In this document: positions 8,598-25,008 of the stretch, one piece after another
How positions within the stretch are numbered: position 1 is the first letter of the stretch
Layout: the number at the start of each line of letters is the position of its first letter
Assembly (NCBI RefSeq): GCF_024700885.2
Contig: NZ_CP117016.1
Length of the DNA: 64,000 nt
Source of the DNA: Escherichia coli
Lineage (GTDB): Bacteria > Pseudomonadota > Gammaproteobacteria > Enterobacterales > Enterobacteriaceae
Reading direction: 5' to 3' (one strand)
Made by a program: the position numbers and the translations under genes
Notes under the pieces: model-generated
Databases searched by the model: none
What the model saw: the letters and a program-made list of their open reading frames with translations, nothing else
Told to the model about the DNA's origin: nothing

Positions 8598-10541
8598 TTA
8601 CTTACTCAAATCCACCTGATAAATCGCAAACCCGATATCATCGGTCGCGACTTTATTCATCGGATATTGCCCTTTATCTTTAATAAACGCTGCGGCTTTA
8701 TCTGACGGAGAGGTTTCGAAACGGATATCCAGTTTCTTATCGCCAGTTATCGGTGCTAAACGCCAGTTGTTATCCGCCGCCGGGTGAATTTCCCCCGCAC
8801 GTTTCGACTCTTCAGCAATCCACGCTGCCAGCACCGAGCGGTTCTCATCCGGTGAAGCAAAAGCGATATGGCTGTCGCCCGTACCGGCAAATTTGCCGCC
8901 GTAAGCGCGATAGTTATTGGTGGCAACGAGGAACATGGCGTTCGGATCAATCGGCTTGCCGTTAAAGATCAGGTTCTTAATCCTTTCCGCATTGGCATTA
9001 ATCATCTGGCACTCGCCGTCATAACGGGCGGGCTGGGTAACATCAATCTGATAATTCACACCATCAATCACATCAAAGTTATAGGTGCGGAAACCATCCC
9101 AGTTGATGAGTGACTGTGGTTTCGTGCTGTTAGGATCAATCTGGTTAAACTGTCCGGCGGAGCACTCCAGCCACTCTTTCACCTCTTTACCGCTGGCTTT
9201 CACCACAATCAGCGTATTCGGATAGAGATAAAGATCGGCGGCATTACGGAAAGTCAGCTGACCTTTTTCCACCTCCACATAGCTTGCCGGGTCATTTTTG
9301 CGACCACCAACTTTAAACGGTGCGGCAGCTGAAAGCACCGGCAGTTTTGCCAGATCCGGATCGCCCTGAATGTAATGCTCGACATACGCTTTTTGCGCGT
9401 TGTTCACCACCTGCACGGTCGGATCGTCCTGCACTAGCGCCAGATAGCTATACATATTGTCGGCGGATTTACCGATTGGCTTGCTGACGAACTGGCGTGT
9501 GGCATCGTGATCGGCTTTGAGTGTTTCTACCAGCTTGCTGTCTTCCGCCGCGAGGGATTTTTTATTCGCGATGTCGTAAATCGGTCTTGCTTCCGCTTTC
9601 GCCTGCGTCACCTGCCATTTACCGCTGTCATTACTGAGTTGTAAGTCGACCACACCAAGATGATCGCCCCACATGCCTGGCATTACCGCCGGAACACCAT
9701 TCAGCGTGCCTTTCGCGATATCAGCCCCTTCGATATCAGCAAAATCTTTACCTGGGAAAACGGCGTGAGCATGGCCAAACATAATGGCGTTAACGCCCGG
9801 AATTTCACTGAGGTAATAAACTGAGTTTTCCGCCATCATTTTATACGGATCGGCAGACAGCCCGGAATGCGCCAGAACGACAACGACATCGGCACCTTTC
9901 TCGCGCATTTCAGGCACGTATTTGCGCACGGTTTCGGTAATATCATTCACCGTCACTTTCCCGGATAAATTAGCTTTATCCCAGCCCATGATTTGCGGCG
10001 GCACGACGCCAATATAGCCAATCTTCAGCGTCTGTTTTTTTCCGTCTTTATCGACCACTTCGGTGTCTTTAATTAAATACGGTGTAAACATTGGCTGTTT
10101 GGTTCTGGCGTCAATGACGTTGGCATTTACATAAGGGAATTTCGCTCCCGCCAGCGCATTTTTCAGGTAATCCAGACCGTAGTTAAACTCGTGGTTGCCA
10201 AGCGTGCCGACGGTATAGTCCAGCGTGTTTAATGCCTTATAGACCGGGTGAATATCACCTGCTTTTAAACCTTTCGCCGACATGTAATCTGCAAGCGGAC
10301 TCCCCTGAATCAAATCGCCGTTATCCACCAGTACGCTGTTTTTCACTTCATTGCGGGCATCGTTAATCAGGCTTGCGGTACGTACCAGTCCGAATTTTTC
10401 CGTGGCGGTGTCTTTGTAATAATCGAAATCCATCATGTTGCTATGCAGATCAGTGGTTTCCATGATACGCAGATCGACCGTCGCTGCATTCACACTGGCG
10501 GCAATCAGCGTGGCCAGGAGCGTTGCGCTAAACTTAATCAT
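8598..10541 (-). CDS. cpdB: Periplasmic 2',3'-cyclic-nucleotide 2'-phosphodiesterase/3'-nucleotidase CpdB
   Basis: Recognised as CpdB; start set three codons inside the track ORF (MIKFSATLL...) with signal peptide, 647 aa. Confidence 0.95.
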   Translation of the reverse strand: MIKFSATLLATLIAASVNAATVDLRIMETTDLHSNMMDFDYYKDTATEKFGLVRTASLINDARNEVKNSVLVDNGDLIQGSPLADYMSAKGLKAGDIHPVYKALNTLDYTVGTLGNHEFNYGLDYLKNALAGAKFPYVNANVIDARTKQPMFTPYLIKDTEVVDKDGKKQTLKIGYIGVVPPQIMGWDKANLSGKVTVNDITETVRKYVPEMREKGADVVVVLAHSGLSADPYKMMAENSVYYLSEIPGVNAIMFGHAHAVFPGKDFADIEGADIAKGTLNGVPAVMPGMWGDHLGVVDLQLSNDSGKWQVTQAKAEARPIYDIANKKSLAAEDSKLVETLKADHDATRQFVSKPIGKSADNMYSYLALVQDDPTVQVVNNAQKAYVEHYIQGDPDLAKLPVLSAAAPFKVGGRKNDPASYVEVEKGQLTFRNAADLYLYPNTLIVVKASGKEVKEWLECSAGQFNQIDPNSTKPQSLINWDGFRTYNFDVIDGVNYQIDVTQPARYDGECQMINANAERIKNLIFNGKPIDPNAMFLVATNNYRAYGGKFAGTGDSHIAFASPDENRSVLAAWIAEESKRAGEIHPAADNNWRLAPITGDKKLDIRFETSPSDKAAAFIKDKGQYPMNKVATDDIGFAIYQVDLSK

Positions 10542-10730
10542 CAGGGACATCCTTTTATCATCGGGAATACGAAAGAAAAGGGAGAATAAACGTCTTACTT
10601 ATAGAACAGTGAAGAATGCCACAATTTTACGCTTTGAAAATGATGACACTATCACAGTTGGCGCATTCATTAACGATAGGGTATAAGTAAAACAATAAGT
10701 TAACACCGCTCACAGAGACGAGGTGGAGAA

Positions 10731-11471
10731 ATGTTAGATCAAGTATGCCAGCTTGCACGGAATGCAGGCGATGCCATTATGCAGGTCTACGACGGGACGA
10801 AACCGATGGACGTCGTCAGCAAAGCGGACAATTCTCCGGTAACGGCAGCGGATATTGCCGCACACACCGTTATCATGGACGGTTTACGTACGCTGACACC
10901 GGATATTCCGGTCCTTTCTGAAGAAGATCCTCCCGGTTGGGAAGTCCGTCAGCACTGGCAGCGTTACTGGCTGGTAGATCCGCTGGATGGTACTAAAGAG
11001 TTTATTAAACGTAATGGCGAATTTACCGTTAACATTGCGCTCATCGACCACGGCAAACCGATTTTAGGTGTGGTGTATGCGCCGGTAATGAACGTAATGT
11101 ACAGCGCGGCAGAAGGCAAAGCGTGGAAAGAAGAGTGCGGCGTGCGCAAGCAGATTCAGGTCCGTGATGCGCGCCCGCCGCTGGTGGTTATCAGCCGTTC
11201 CCATGCAGATGCGGAGCTGAAAGAGTATCTGCAACAGCTTGGCGAACATCAGACCACGTCCATCGGCTCTTCGCTGAAATTCTGCCTGGTGGCGGAAGGA
11301 CAGGCGCAGCTGTACCCGCGCTTCGGACCAACGAATATTTGGGACACCGCCGCTGGACATGCTGTGGCCGCAGCTGCCGGAGCGCACGTTCACGACTGGC
11401 AGGGTAAACCGCTGGATTACACTCCGCGCGAGTTGTTCCTGAATCCGGGGTTCAGAGTGTCTATTTACTAA
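10731..11471 (+). CDS. cysQ: 3'(2'),5'-bisphosphate nucleotidase CysQ
   Basis: 246-aa ORF with inositol-monophosphatase family motifs (WLVDPLDGT). Confidence 0.95.
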   Translation: MLDQVCQLARNAGDAIMQVYDGTKPMDVVSKADNSPVTAADIAAHTVIMDGLRTLTPDIPVLSEEDPPGWEVRQHWQRYWLVDPLDGTKEFIKRNGEFTVNIALIDHGKPILGVVYAPVMNVMYSAAEGKAWKEECGVRKQIQVRDARPPLVVISRSHADAELKEYLQQLGEHQTTSIGSSLKFCLVAEGQAQLYPRFGPTNIWDTAAGHAVAAAAGAHVHDWQGKPLDYTPRELFLNPGFRVSIY

Positions 11472-11682
11472 ATTCAGATGGCAGAAACAGTGTATTTCCT
11501 GATTCTGCCATCCTGATTTCTCCCAACCTAAAAAGTTATAAATAAAAAGAGATTGTATTTAAAGTGCAAAAGTTCAATTGCTAATAAGTTATATTTTAAT
11601 AATGAGCGTTTTTTGATAGTTTACTTCTATAATGAGATATTTAATGGCGACATAAAATAACCAAATAAAATAAGGTAGCCAT

Positions 11683-12594
11683 ATGTTACCCAGGATCAGA
11701 CACAATAATTTTATTGGTGCGGTGGAGTTATTCGTAAAATCATCGCATACAAAAACACATTCAAACAATTTTTTTAACAATATCCAGCATGCATTTAATA
11801 AAAAAGATTGGATTTCAAATTATGATAGCCTGTTAACTTTGAGGGAGTTCTTTCGTTGCGCAACTCAGATTGATAAAAATAGTTATCAGGTACTTTCATC
11901 AAAAAATGAAACTGTTAACGCCATGGATAAGTTTCTTATCAGTTTCAGCCTTAAAGATAACGGTGCCGAATATATAATGACATTGCGAGGCAGTGGATTT
12001 GAATACGAAGAAATTCCCATAACAATAAATGAGTATAACTCATTCATGGATTTCAAAAACCGCGAGTTTCCGTTAGAACAAAACAGAAGATTGTATGCCT
12101 GGGATATTCTGCAGAAAAAACAGTCTGACATACCGGAAAGGATTAAAGGTTATATTCGCCAGGCGTTTGGTGACGTGTCTTTAGGTTATGCTGTATTGGA
12201 TGATATAGTAAGTAAATTAAAACGGGGTAAATTTGACCCCCAAATTCCAGGAGGTGGAATTAAAGAATGCGATGGATGGTATATTTACGAAAAAATAATT
12301 GATGATAATTTTGCCATAGTCATAGAATCTTTGGGCTTTGCGCTTAAAATCTATGGAGGGGATGAACGTTTTCGTAATGGTTCCTCTGTTGTTTTGGAGG
12401 ATGAAGATTACTCTCTTATTTATAATTTTCTGGTTAATGCAGGTTGCCAACAAGTCGAATTAGCCGAACAAGTGGATGCGATAGTAAGTGCGAATCTGGC
12501 CGCAGATAGTGATATTACCGAAGAAAAGATTTGCGAGAAATATAAATCGACCATTGAGGCGTTTAAAAAAAAGCAACTAGCGTTACCAGTATGA
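11683..12594 (+). CDS. ytfI: Uncharacterised protein YtfI (AT-rich gene)
   Basis: 303-aa ORF in a markedly AT-rich segment, recognised as the ytfI product; function unknown. Confidence 0.65.
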   Translation: MLPRIRHNNFIGAVELFVKSSHTKTHSNNFFNNIQHAFNKKDWISNYDSLLTLREFFRCATQIDKNSYQVLSSKNETVNAMDKFLISFSLKDNGAEYIMTLRGSGFEYEEIPITINEYNSFMDFKNREFPLEQNRRLYAWDILQKKQSDIPERIKGYIRQAFGDVSLGYAVLDDIVSKLKRGKFDPQIPGGGIKECDGWYIYEKIIDDNFAIVIESLGFALKIYGGDERFRNGSSVVLEDEDYSLIYNFLVNAGCQQVELAEQVDAIVSANLAADSDITEEKICEKYKSTIEAFKKKQLALPV

Positions 12595-12683
12595 GTTCGG
12601 CGTAAGAACTCAGAGGCTTAATTCCCCTATCCCATAGATAACGATAGGGGAAAATTATTTTTGCAGAATTTATGTTATTGCCA

Positions 12684-13238
12684 TTATTTGAGCAACTTTT
12701 GCAGCAGGCCCATCACTTGCTGTACCTCTTCCGGTGTGAGCGCCCCGTCTTTGGCCCATTGCACGCGACCGTCTTTATCCAGCACCACTACAGCGGAACT
12801 TTCTTCATCCAGCTGCCAGGCACCGCGCGCGACGCCATTGCTATCGACAATAAACTGCGACCAGGGATAAAGCTTTTTATTACTCTCCAGACTGCTGCGC
12901 ACAAACATCCCTGAACCCGGAATCGCGTCGTCGGTGTTAACAATGGTGGTGGTCTGGTAACGATCGTGCGGTAACTTTGCTGATTTAATCGCTTCAATCA
13001 GCGTCGCGTTTTTCTCTTTTGCAGAGGTGCGACCAGCAATATGTTGCAGTACTCGCACTTTTCCCACTAACTGCGCGCTGTTCCAGGTTTTGTAGCTAAA
13101 CTGATCTTTATCAAGCACCAACTCGCCCCGATCGGTAATGCCAATCGGCGGCACTCGCTGACCGGTTTCGAACTGATGTGCGGAAGCCATCATCGGCAAC
13201 AGCAGGCAGGTGAGTGCCAGAATCTTGCGTAGGGTCAT
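12684..13238 (-). CDS. ytfJ: Periplasmic protein YtfJ (signal peptide, thioredoxin-like fold family)
   Basis: 184-aa ORF with N-terminal signal peptide, recognised as YtfJ. Confidence 0.85.
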   Translation of the reverse strand: MTLRKILALTCLLLPMMASAHQFETGQRVPPIGITDRGELVLDKDQFSYKTWNSAQLVGKVRVLQHIAGRTSAKEKNATLIEAIKSAKLPHDRYQTTTIVNTDDAIPGSGMFVRSSLESNKKLYPWSQFIVDSNGVARGAWQLDEESSAVVVLDKDGRVQWAKDGALTPEEVQQVMGLLQKLLK

Positions 13239-13562
13239 GGTGTTTCCTTCTTATGATATGCAGGTGATCCGACCACTTGGGTCTGAGTTTTAATCATATG
13301 TGCTATTTATCGAATTTCCCGCAAGTGTGATGCCAGTTTGCGGTCAAGCGCACAAATCATATGAAAAATGAATGCTTATACTGAAGACCGCGCTTCGGTA
13401 AAAAGATAATTCTGAATAATTGTAACCTTTAGGTAAAAAAAGTTATACGCGGTGGAAACATTGCCCGGATAGTCTATAGTCACTAAGCATTAAAATTTGC
13501 GCCTCATAATAGTTGGGCCGATTGTGGCACCGCACAGGCGTAATACTCAGCAGGAGATAACA

Positions 13563-13769
13563 ATGAAAATTTTCCAACGGTACAACCCACTTCAGGTGGC
13601 GAAGTACGTAAAGATCCTGTTCCGTGGACGGTTATACATCAAGGACGTTGGCGCTTTTGAATTTGATAAGGGTAAGATTCTTATCCCAAAAGTGAAGGAT
13701 AAGCTGCATTTGTCAGTGATGTCCGAAGTTAACCGTCAGGTTATGCGTCTGCAAACAGAGATGGCTTAA
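13563..13769 (+). CDS. ytfK: Small protein YtfK (DUF1107)
   Basis: Start moved to internal ATG ([11 protein letters not shown]...) for the expected 68 aa. Confidence 0.8.
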
Positions 13770-13830
13770 CCAAAGTGCTATGCAGTAATAAGACGGCTCC
13801 TGATTCAGGAGCCGTTGATGTTTCTGGGGG

Positions 13831-15174
13831 TTACGCGACGCTTTCTTCTTTATCTTTAGCATCAGGCAATTTTGGCGAAAGGGCGGTGGCCTTGCTGTCG
13901 ATCCGGGTCACCAGCAGCTGGTCGATGCGGTAGTTATCGATATCCACCACTTCAAATTTGTAGCCGGCGAATTTCACCGAATCGGTGCGTTTCGGGATCT
14001 TACGCAGCATAAACATCATAAAGCCGCCGATGGTTTCGTAGTTGCCCGACTGCGGGAACTCGTCAATATCCAGCACGCGCATGACGTCGTCAATCGGAGT
14101 GCCGCCGTCAATCAGCCATGAGTTCTCATCACGGGCGACAATCTGCTCTTCCAGCCCCTGACCGACCAGATCGCCCATCAGCGTGGTCATCACGTCGTTG
14201 AGGGTGATGATCCCCACCACCAGCGCGTACTCGTTCATGATCACCGCGAAGTCTTCACCTGCGGTTTTAAAACTTTCCAACGCCTCTGAAAGGGTTAACG
14301 TATCCGGCACAATCAGCGTGTTGCGAATTTGTACGCCGCTGTTCAGTGCCAGGCTTTGGTTAGCCAGCACGCGGTTCAGCAGGTCTTTAGAATCGACATA
14401 GCCGATGATGTGGTCAATATCTTCATTACAGACGAGGAACTTAGAGTGCGGATGTTCCGCCACCTTATTCTTCAGACTTTGCTCATCTTCGTGGAGATCA
14501 AACCAAATCACGTTTTCACGCGGTGTCATTGACGACGGAACGGTACGGGATTCCAGCTCAAAGACGTTTTCAATCAGCTCGTGTTCCTGTTTACGTAACA
14601 CGCCCGCCAGCGCACCGGCTTCCACTACCGCGTAGATGTCATCAGAAGTGATGTCATCTTTACGTACCATTGGCAGTTTGAAAATACGGAAGATCATGTT
14701 CGCCAGTCCGTTGAAGAACCACACCAGCGGGGTGCAAACGTACAGGCAGAAGCGCATCGGGTTGATGATACGCAAAGCCACCGCTTCTGGCGCAATCATA
14801 CCGATGCGTTTCGGGGTTAAATCCGCAAACAGGATAAACATGCCAGTCACTAACGAGAAAGAGAGAATAAAGCTCAGTTGCTCAGAGAGTTCTGCCGACA
14901 TATAGCGGGAGAACAGGCTGTGAAAAGCTGGAGAAAATGCCGCATCACCGACGATACCGCCGAGAATCGCCACTGCGTTCAGACCGATTTGGACCACGGT
15001 AAAGAACATGCCGGGATTTTCCTGCATATTCAGAACGCGTTGGGCATTTATATTGCCTTCATCAGCCAGCAGTTTAAGTTTGATTTTGCGTGAGGCCGCA
15101 AGCGAGATCTCGGACATCGAGAAGAACGCACTTACAGCGATCAAACAGAGTATGACTAAAATACTGTTTAACAT
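13831..15174 (-). CDS. ytfL: CNNM/HlyC-family inner membrane protein with CBS domains, YtfL (PaeA)
   Basis: 447-aa ORF with N-terminal TM domain, CBS pair and C-terminal CorC/HlyC-type domain. Confidence 0.9.
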   Translation of the reverse strand: MLNSILVILCLIAVSAFFSMSEISLAASRKIKLKLLADEGNINAQRVLNMQENPGMFFTVVQIGLNAVAILGGIVGDAAFSPAFHSLFSRYMSAELSEQLSFILSFSLVTGMFILFADLTPKRIGMIAPEAVALRIINPMRFCLYVCTPLVWFFNGLANMIFRIFKLPMVRKDDITSDDIYAVVEAGALAGVLRKQEHELIENVFELESRTVPSSMTPRENVIWFDLHEDEQSLKNKVAEHPHSKFLVCNEDIDHIIGYVDSKDLLNRVLANQSLALNSGVQIRNTLIVPDTLTLSEALESFKTAGEDFAVIMNEYALVVGIITLNDVMTTLMGDLVGQGLEEQIVARDENSWLIDGGTPIDDVMRVLDIDEFPQSGNYETIGGFMMFMLRKIPKRTDSVKFAGYKFEVVDIDNYRIDQLLVTRIDSKATALSPKLPDAKDKEESVA

Positions 15175-15349
15175 ATCTTATCCGACCTTTCAGGCCAGAT
15201 CCTCGGAAGGGGAAGTTGATTAATTTGTGTGAAATACACATTGAAAGCCGATTCGAAGAAAGTGAACCGGCATTTTCAGTGGCTAGTATAGCGTAAGGTA
15301 CTGTAAAGCCGCCAGAGGGTTAAAATTCAGACTGCTGATAAATGAAAAA

Positions 15350-15455
15350 CTGGCTGATGCGCTATGCCGATCAGGCCTACGCAGTCCCCACAATATATTG
15401 ATTTTGGACGATTTTGTAGGCCTGGCAAGGCGTTTACGCCGCATCCGGCATAGAC
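15350..15455. repeat. REP/BIME palindromic repeat cluster
   Basis: GCCGATCAGGCCTACG and GCGTTTACGCCGCATCCGGCA REP-like units between ytfL and msrA. Confidence 0.5.
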
Positions 15456-15496
15456 AAATAGCACTTTATCAACAATCTACATTTGTACCCGTAACG

Positions 15497-16135
15497 CTAT
15501 GCTTCCGGCGGCAGACAGACGCCAATTCCGCCAATTCCACAGTAACCATACGGGTTTTTATGCAGATATTGCTGGTGGTCATCTTCGGCATAATAAAACG
15601 GTGTGGCGTTAGCAATTTCCGTGGTGATGCGACGATCGTCATCGGCGGCAAGCATCGCCGCCTGAAAACGTTCCAGACTGGCGCGAGCAGCAGCATCCTG
15701 TTCTGGGGTCAGCGGATAAATCGCTGAACGATACTGCGTGCCGTGGTCATTGCCCTGACGCATTCCCTGGGCGGGATCGTGATTCTCCCAAAATACCTGT
15801 AGCAACTGCTCATAGCTGATGACGGAAGGATCGTAAACAATGCGTACCGCTTCGGCATGACCCGTATCACCGGAGCACACTTCCCGATAAGTCGGATTTG
15901 GCGTATAGCCGCCGGTATAGCCTGCGGCGGTGCTGTAAACGCCGGGTAACTGCCAGAACAGACGCTCCACACCCCAGAAACAACCCATCGCAAAAATGGC
16001 AATCTCCATTCCGTCAGGTACATTGGTCATTGAGTGACCGTTGACCGCATGCAGTGTGGCTACGGGCATCGGGGTGTTACGTCCAGGCAGGGCATCGGCG
16101 GGGGAAACCAGATGCTTTTTATCAAATAAACTCAT
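15497..16135 (-). CDS. msrA: Peptide methionine sulfoxide reductase MsrA
   Basis: Start moved to [10 protein letters not shown]... for the expected 212 aa; active-site GCFWG motif present. Confidence 0.95.
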   Translation of the reverse strand: MSLFDKKHLVSPADALPGRNTPMPVATLHAVNGHSMTNVPDGMEIAIFAMGCFWGVERLFWQLPGVYSTAAGYTGGYTPNPTYREVCSGDTGHAEAVRIVYDPSVISYEQLLQVFWENHDPAQGMRQGNDHGTQYRSAIYPLTPEQDAAARASLERFQAAMLAADDDRRITTEIANATPFYYAEDDHQQYLHKNPYGYCGIGGIGVCLPPEA

Positions 16136-16298
16136 GGTGTCGCTCTCCCGAAAATCGGTCATTGGGGTTAAGGTTGTAACAAGAGGCGTATTTGCACACA
16201 ATAACCGTTGTGAATAGGTCTAAAGTAAAACATAAGAAATATTTGGGGTTTAGTCTGCTTTTTAATCCATATTACTGGATTTTTGTTAAGCCGTTTAA

Positions 16299-21850
<5,552 letters not shown>

Positions 21851-21852
21851 CA

Positions 21853-22194
21853 ATGCGAATATTTGTCTACGGCAGTTTACGCCACAAACAAGGCAACAGT
21901 CACTGGATGACCAATGCCCAGTTACTGGGCGATTTCAGTATCGATAACTACCAGTTGTATAGCCTGGGCCACTATCCAGGCGCAGTTCCGGGGAACGGAA
22001 CAGTACACGGTGAAGTTTATCGTATTGACAACGCCACGCTGGCCGAACTTGATGCCTTGCGCACCAGGGGCGGTGAATACGCGCGCCAGTTGATTCAGAC
22101 GCCGTACGGGAGTGCATGGATGTACGTTTATCAACGACCCGTCGATGGATTAAAGCTAATTGAAAGCGGCGACTGGTTAGACAGGGATAAGTAA
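21853..22194 (+). CDS. ytfP: Gamma-glutamylcyclotransferase-like protein YtfP
   Basis: 113-aa ORF starting 3 nt after the tamB stop. Confidence 0.9.
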   Translation: MRIFVYGSLRHKQGNSHWMTNAQLLGDFSIDNYQLYSLGHYPGAVPGNGTVHGEVYRIDNATLAELDALRTRGGEYARQLIQTPYGSAWMYVYQRPVDGLKLIESGDWLDRDK

Positions 22195-22204
22195 CCATAC
22201 GCAT

Positions 22205-22232
22205 ACGCCACCTTCGGGTGGCGTTGTTTTTT
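22205..22232 (+). terminator. Rho-independent terminator after ytfP
   Basis: GC stem (ACGCCACC-TTCG-GGTGGCGT) followed by a T-run. Confidence 0.7.
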
Positions 22233-22373
22233 GCGAAACGACTCGCATTCTGTTTTGTAATTCCCTCACCTTTTGCTTTTCTCTCCGAGCCGCTTTCCAT
22301 ATCTGTTAACGCATAAAAAACTCTGCTGGCGTTCACAAATGCGCAGGGGTAAAACGTTTCCTGTAGCACCGTG

Positions 22374-22392
22374 AGTTATACTTTGTATAACT
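22374..22392. promoter_or_regulatory. Candidate chpSB operator: perfect 8-bp inverted repeat AGTTATAC-TTT-GTATAACT
   Basis: Palindrome 14-30 bp upstream of the chpS start, overlapping the RBS-proximal promoter region. Confidence 0.45.
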
Positions 22393-22405
22393 TAAGGAGG
22401 TGCAG

Positions 22406-22657
22406 ATGCGTATTACCATAAAAAGATGGGGGAACAGTTCAGGTATGGTCATTCCTAATGTTGTGATGAAAGAACTTAACTTACGGCCGGGGCAGAGCGT
22501 GGAGGCGCAAGTGAGCAACAATCAACTGATTCTGACACCCATCTCCAGGCGCTACTCGCTTGATGAACTGCTGGCACAGTGTGACATGAACGCCACGGAA
22601 CTTAGCGAGCAGGATGTCTGGGGTAAATCCACCCCTGCGGGTGACGAAATATGGTAA
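22406..22657 (+). CDS. chpS: Antitoxin ChpS (ChpBI), MazE/AbrB-like
   Basis: Start at ATG (MRITIKRWGNSSG...) with AAGGAGG RBS about 5 nt upstream. Confidence 0.9.
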   Translation: MRITIKRWGNSSGMVIPNVVMKELNLRPGQSVEAQVSNNQLILTPISRRYSLDELLAQCDMNATELSEQDVWGKSTPAGDEIW

Positions 22658-23001
22658 AGAAAAGTGAATTTGAACGGGGAGACATTGTGCTGGTTGGCTT
22701 TGATCCAGCAAGCGGCCATGAACAGCAAGGTGCTGGTCGACCTGCGCTTGTGCTCTCCGTTCAAGCCTTTAATCAACTGGGAATGACGCTGGTGGCCCCC
22801 ATTACGCAGGGCGGAAATTTTGCCCGTTATGCCGGATTTAGCGTTCCTTTACATTGCGAAGAAGGCGATGTGCACGGCGTGGTGCTGGTGAATCAGGTGC
22901 GGATGATGGATCTACGCGCCCGGCTGGCAAAGCGTATTGGTCTGGCTGCGGGTGAGGTGGTGGAAGAGGCGTTATTACGTTTGCAGGCGGTGGTGGAATA
23001 A
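22651..23001 (+). CDS. chpB: Toxin ChpB (ChpBK), MazF-family endoribonuclease
   Basis: 116-aa ORF overlapping the chpS 3' end by 7 nt. Confidence 0.95.
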   Translation: MVKKSEFERGDIVLVGFDPASGHEQQGAGRPALVLSVQAFNQLGMTLVAPITQGGNFARYAGFSVPLHCEEGDVHGVVLVNQVRMMDLRARLAKRIGLAAGEVVEEALLRLQAVVE

Positions 23002-23079
23002 GGTGTGTTTATTTATCGCGGGCATAAAAAACCCCTACTAACCGAAGCCCGGCGTTCAGGGTTATTACGCTAGAAGAAC

Positions 23080-23610
23080 TTATTTATTCTTTGCGCGCTC
23101 GAAGGAGGCAACGATTTCAGCTTTAGCGGCTTCTGCGTTTTCCCAGCCTTCAACTTTCACCCACTTGCCTTTTTCGAGGTCTTTGTAGTGCTCGAAGAAG
23201 TGAGCGATCTGTGCTTTCAGCAGTTCAGGCAGATCGTTAACGTCTTTAATGTGATCGTATTCTTTGCTCAGCTTGCTGTGCGGAACCGCAACCAGTTTCG
23301 CATCTTCACCGGCTTCGTCGGTCATTTTCAGAACGCCAACAGGACGGCAACGGATCACAGAACCCGGCTGCAGCGGGTACGGAGTCGGGACCAGTACGTC
23401 AACCGGGTCACCGTCCAGAGACAGGGTGTGGTTGATGTAACCGTAGTTGCACGGATAGAACATCGCGGTGGACATGAAGCGGTCAACGAACAGTGCGCCG
23501 CTCTCTTTGTCGATTTCGTATTTGATCGGATCTGCGTTAGCCGGGATCTCAATAACAACGTAGATGTCTTCCGGCAGATCTTTACCCGCAGGGACGTTGA
23601 GTAAGCTCAT
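23080..23610 (-). CDS. ppa: Inorganic pyrophosphatase
   Basis: 176-aa ORF recognised as Ppa. Confidence 0.95.
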   Translation of the reverse strand: MSLLNVPAGKDLPEDIYVVIEIPANADPIKYEIDKESGALFVDRFMSTAMFYPCNYGYINHTLSLDGDPVDVLVPTPYPLQPGSVIRCRPVGVLKMTDEAGEDAKLVAVPHSKLSKEYDHIKDVNDLPELLKAQIAHFFEHYKDLEKGKWVKVEGWENAEAAKAEIVASFERAKNK

Positions 23611-23919
23611 GTCTGTTTCCTTTAAAAATATGTGGCAAACAAGTGCCGAGTATTATAGCCAACTCGCGCCGAATGTCTTCGCTTGTTTTCTTCTTCATTT
23701 TCCTTTTTAGCCAGTTTTAAGATGGTTTAAAGAGCAGGAAAATCCATAACCGTAGCCGCATTTTTCATAGTGAGATGAAAGCGATTACAAACTTGTGATT
23801 AACGTTTTATTTACTTTTTTGAAGTGTGATGTAACGCAATCCGTTACATAACGAATTGTCTATAGTTTTTTCGCGAACATCTTTTCACCAATAATAATTA
23901 CCCCGACGAGGACAACCCT

Positions 23920-24876
23920 ATGTGGAAACGCTTACTTGTAGTCTCTGCAGTCTCGGCAGCCATGTCGTCTATGGCGTTGGCCGCTCCATTAACCGTTGGA
24001 TTTTCGCAGGTCGGATCGGAATCCGGCTGGCGCGCCGCAGAAACCAATGTGGCGAAAAGTGAAGCCGAAAAGCGCGGAATTACGTTGAAAATTGCCGATG
24101 GTCAGCAAAAGCAGGAAAACCAGATTAAAGCGGTACGTTCCTTCGTCGCGCAAGGGGTGGATGCGATCTTTATCGCTCCAGTGGTAGCGACCGGTTGGGA
24201 GCCGGTATTAAAAGAGGCGAAAGATGCCGAAATCCCGGTCTTCTTGCTTGACCGTTCCATCGATGTGAAAGACAAATCTCTCTATATGACCACTGTCACC
24301 GCCGACAACATCCTCGAAGGCAAGTTGATTGGTGACTGGCTGGTAAAAGAAGTGAATGGCAAACCATGCAACGTGGTGGAGCTGCAGGGCACCGTTGGGG
24401 CCAGCGTCGCCATTGACCGTAAGAAAGGCTTTGCCGAAGCCATTAAGAATGCGCCAAATATCAAAATTATCCGCTCGCAGTCAGGTGACTTCACCCGCAG
24501 CAAAGGCAAAGAAGTGATGGAGAGCTTTATCAAAGCGGAAAACAACGGCAAAAACATCTGCATGGTTTACGCCCATAACGATGACATGGTGATTGGTGCA
24601 ATTCAGGCAATTAAAGAAGCGGGCCTGAAACCGGGCAAAGATATCCTGACAGGCTCTATCGACGGTGTGCCGGACATCTACAAAGCGATGATTGATGGCG
24701 AAGCGAACGCCAGTGTTGAATTGACGCCGAACATGGCAGGCCCCGCTTTTGATGCGCTGGAGAAATATAAAAAAGACGGCACCATGCCTGAAAAGCTGAC
24801 CCTGACCAAGTCCACCCTTTACCTGCCTAATACCGCAAAAGAAGAGTTAGAGAAGAAGAAAAACATGGGGTATTGA
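23920..24876 (+). CDS. ytfQ: Periplasmic sugar-binding protein YtfQ (galactofuranose ABC transporter)
   Basis: 318-aa ORF with signal peptide and periplasmic-binding-protein fold. Confidence 0.9.
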   Translation: MWKRLLVVSAVSAAMSSMALAAPLTVGFSQVGSESGWRAAETNVAKSEAEKRGITLKIADGQQKQENQIKAVRSFVAQGVDAIFIAPVVATGWEPVLKEAKDAEIPVFLLDRSIDVKDKSLYMTTVTADNILEGKLIGDWLVKEVNGKPCNVVELQGTVGASVAIDRKKGFAEAIKNAPNIKIIRSQSGDFTRSKGKEVMESFIKAENNGKNICMVYAHNDDMVIGAIQAIKEAGLKPGKDILTGSIDGVPDIYKAMIDGEANASVELTPNMAGPAFDALEKYKKDGTMPEKLTLTKSTLYLPNTAKEELEKKKNMGY

Positions 24877-24907
24877 GGGGCATCAATGCCTAATGCCGAC
24901 TTGTGGG

Positions 24908-24988
24908 CCGCCGGATAAGGCATTCACGCCGCATCCGGCGGTTGTGCGAGATGCCTGATGCGACGCTGTTGTGTCTTATCTGGCGCAC
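24908..24988. repeat. REP/BIME palindromic repeat cluster
   Basis: GCCGGATAAGGC...GCCGCATCCGGC and GCCTGATGCGACGC units between ytfQ and ytfR. Confidence 0.5.
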
Positions 24989-25008
24989 GCTTTACAACGG
25001 GGGAAACT

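Noticed and set aside
11472-13800. Possible genomic island or prophage remnant (AT-rich block around ytfI-ytfJ-ytfK)
   Set aside because: No integrase, tRNA, direct repeats or phage genes are present; the genes match the conserved E. coli order, so it is at most an ancient acquisition.
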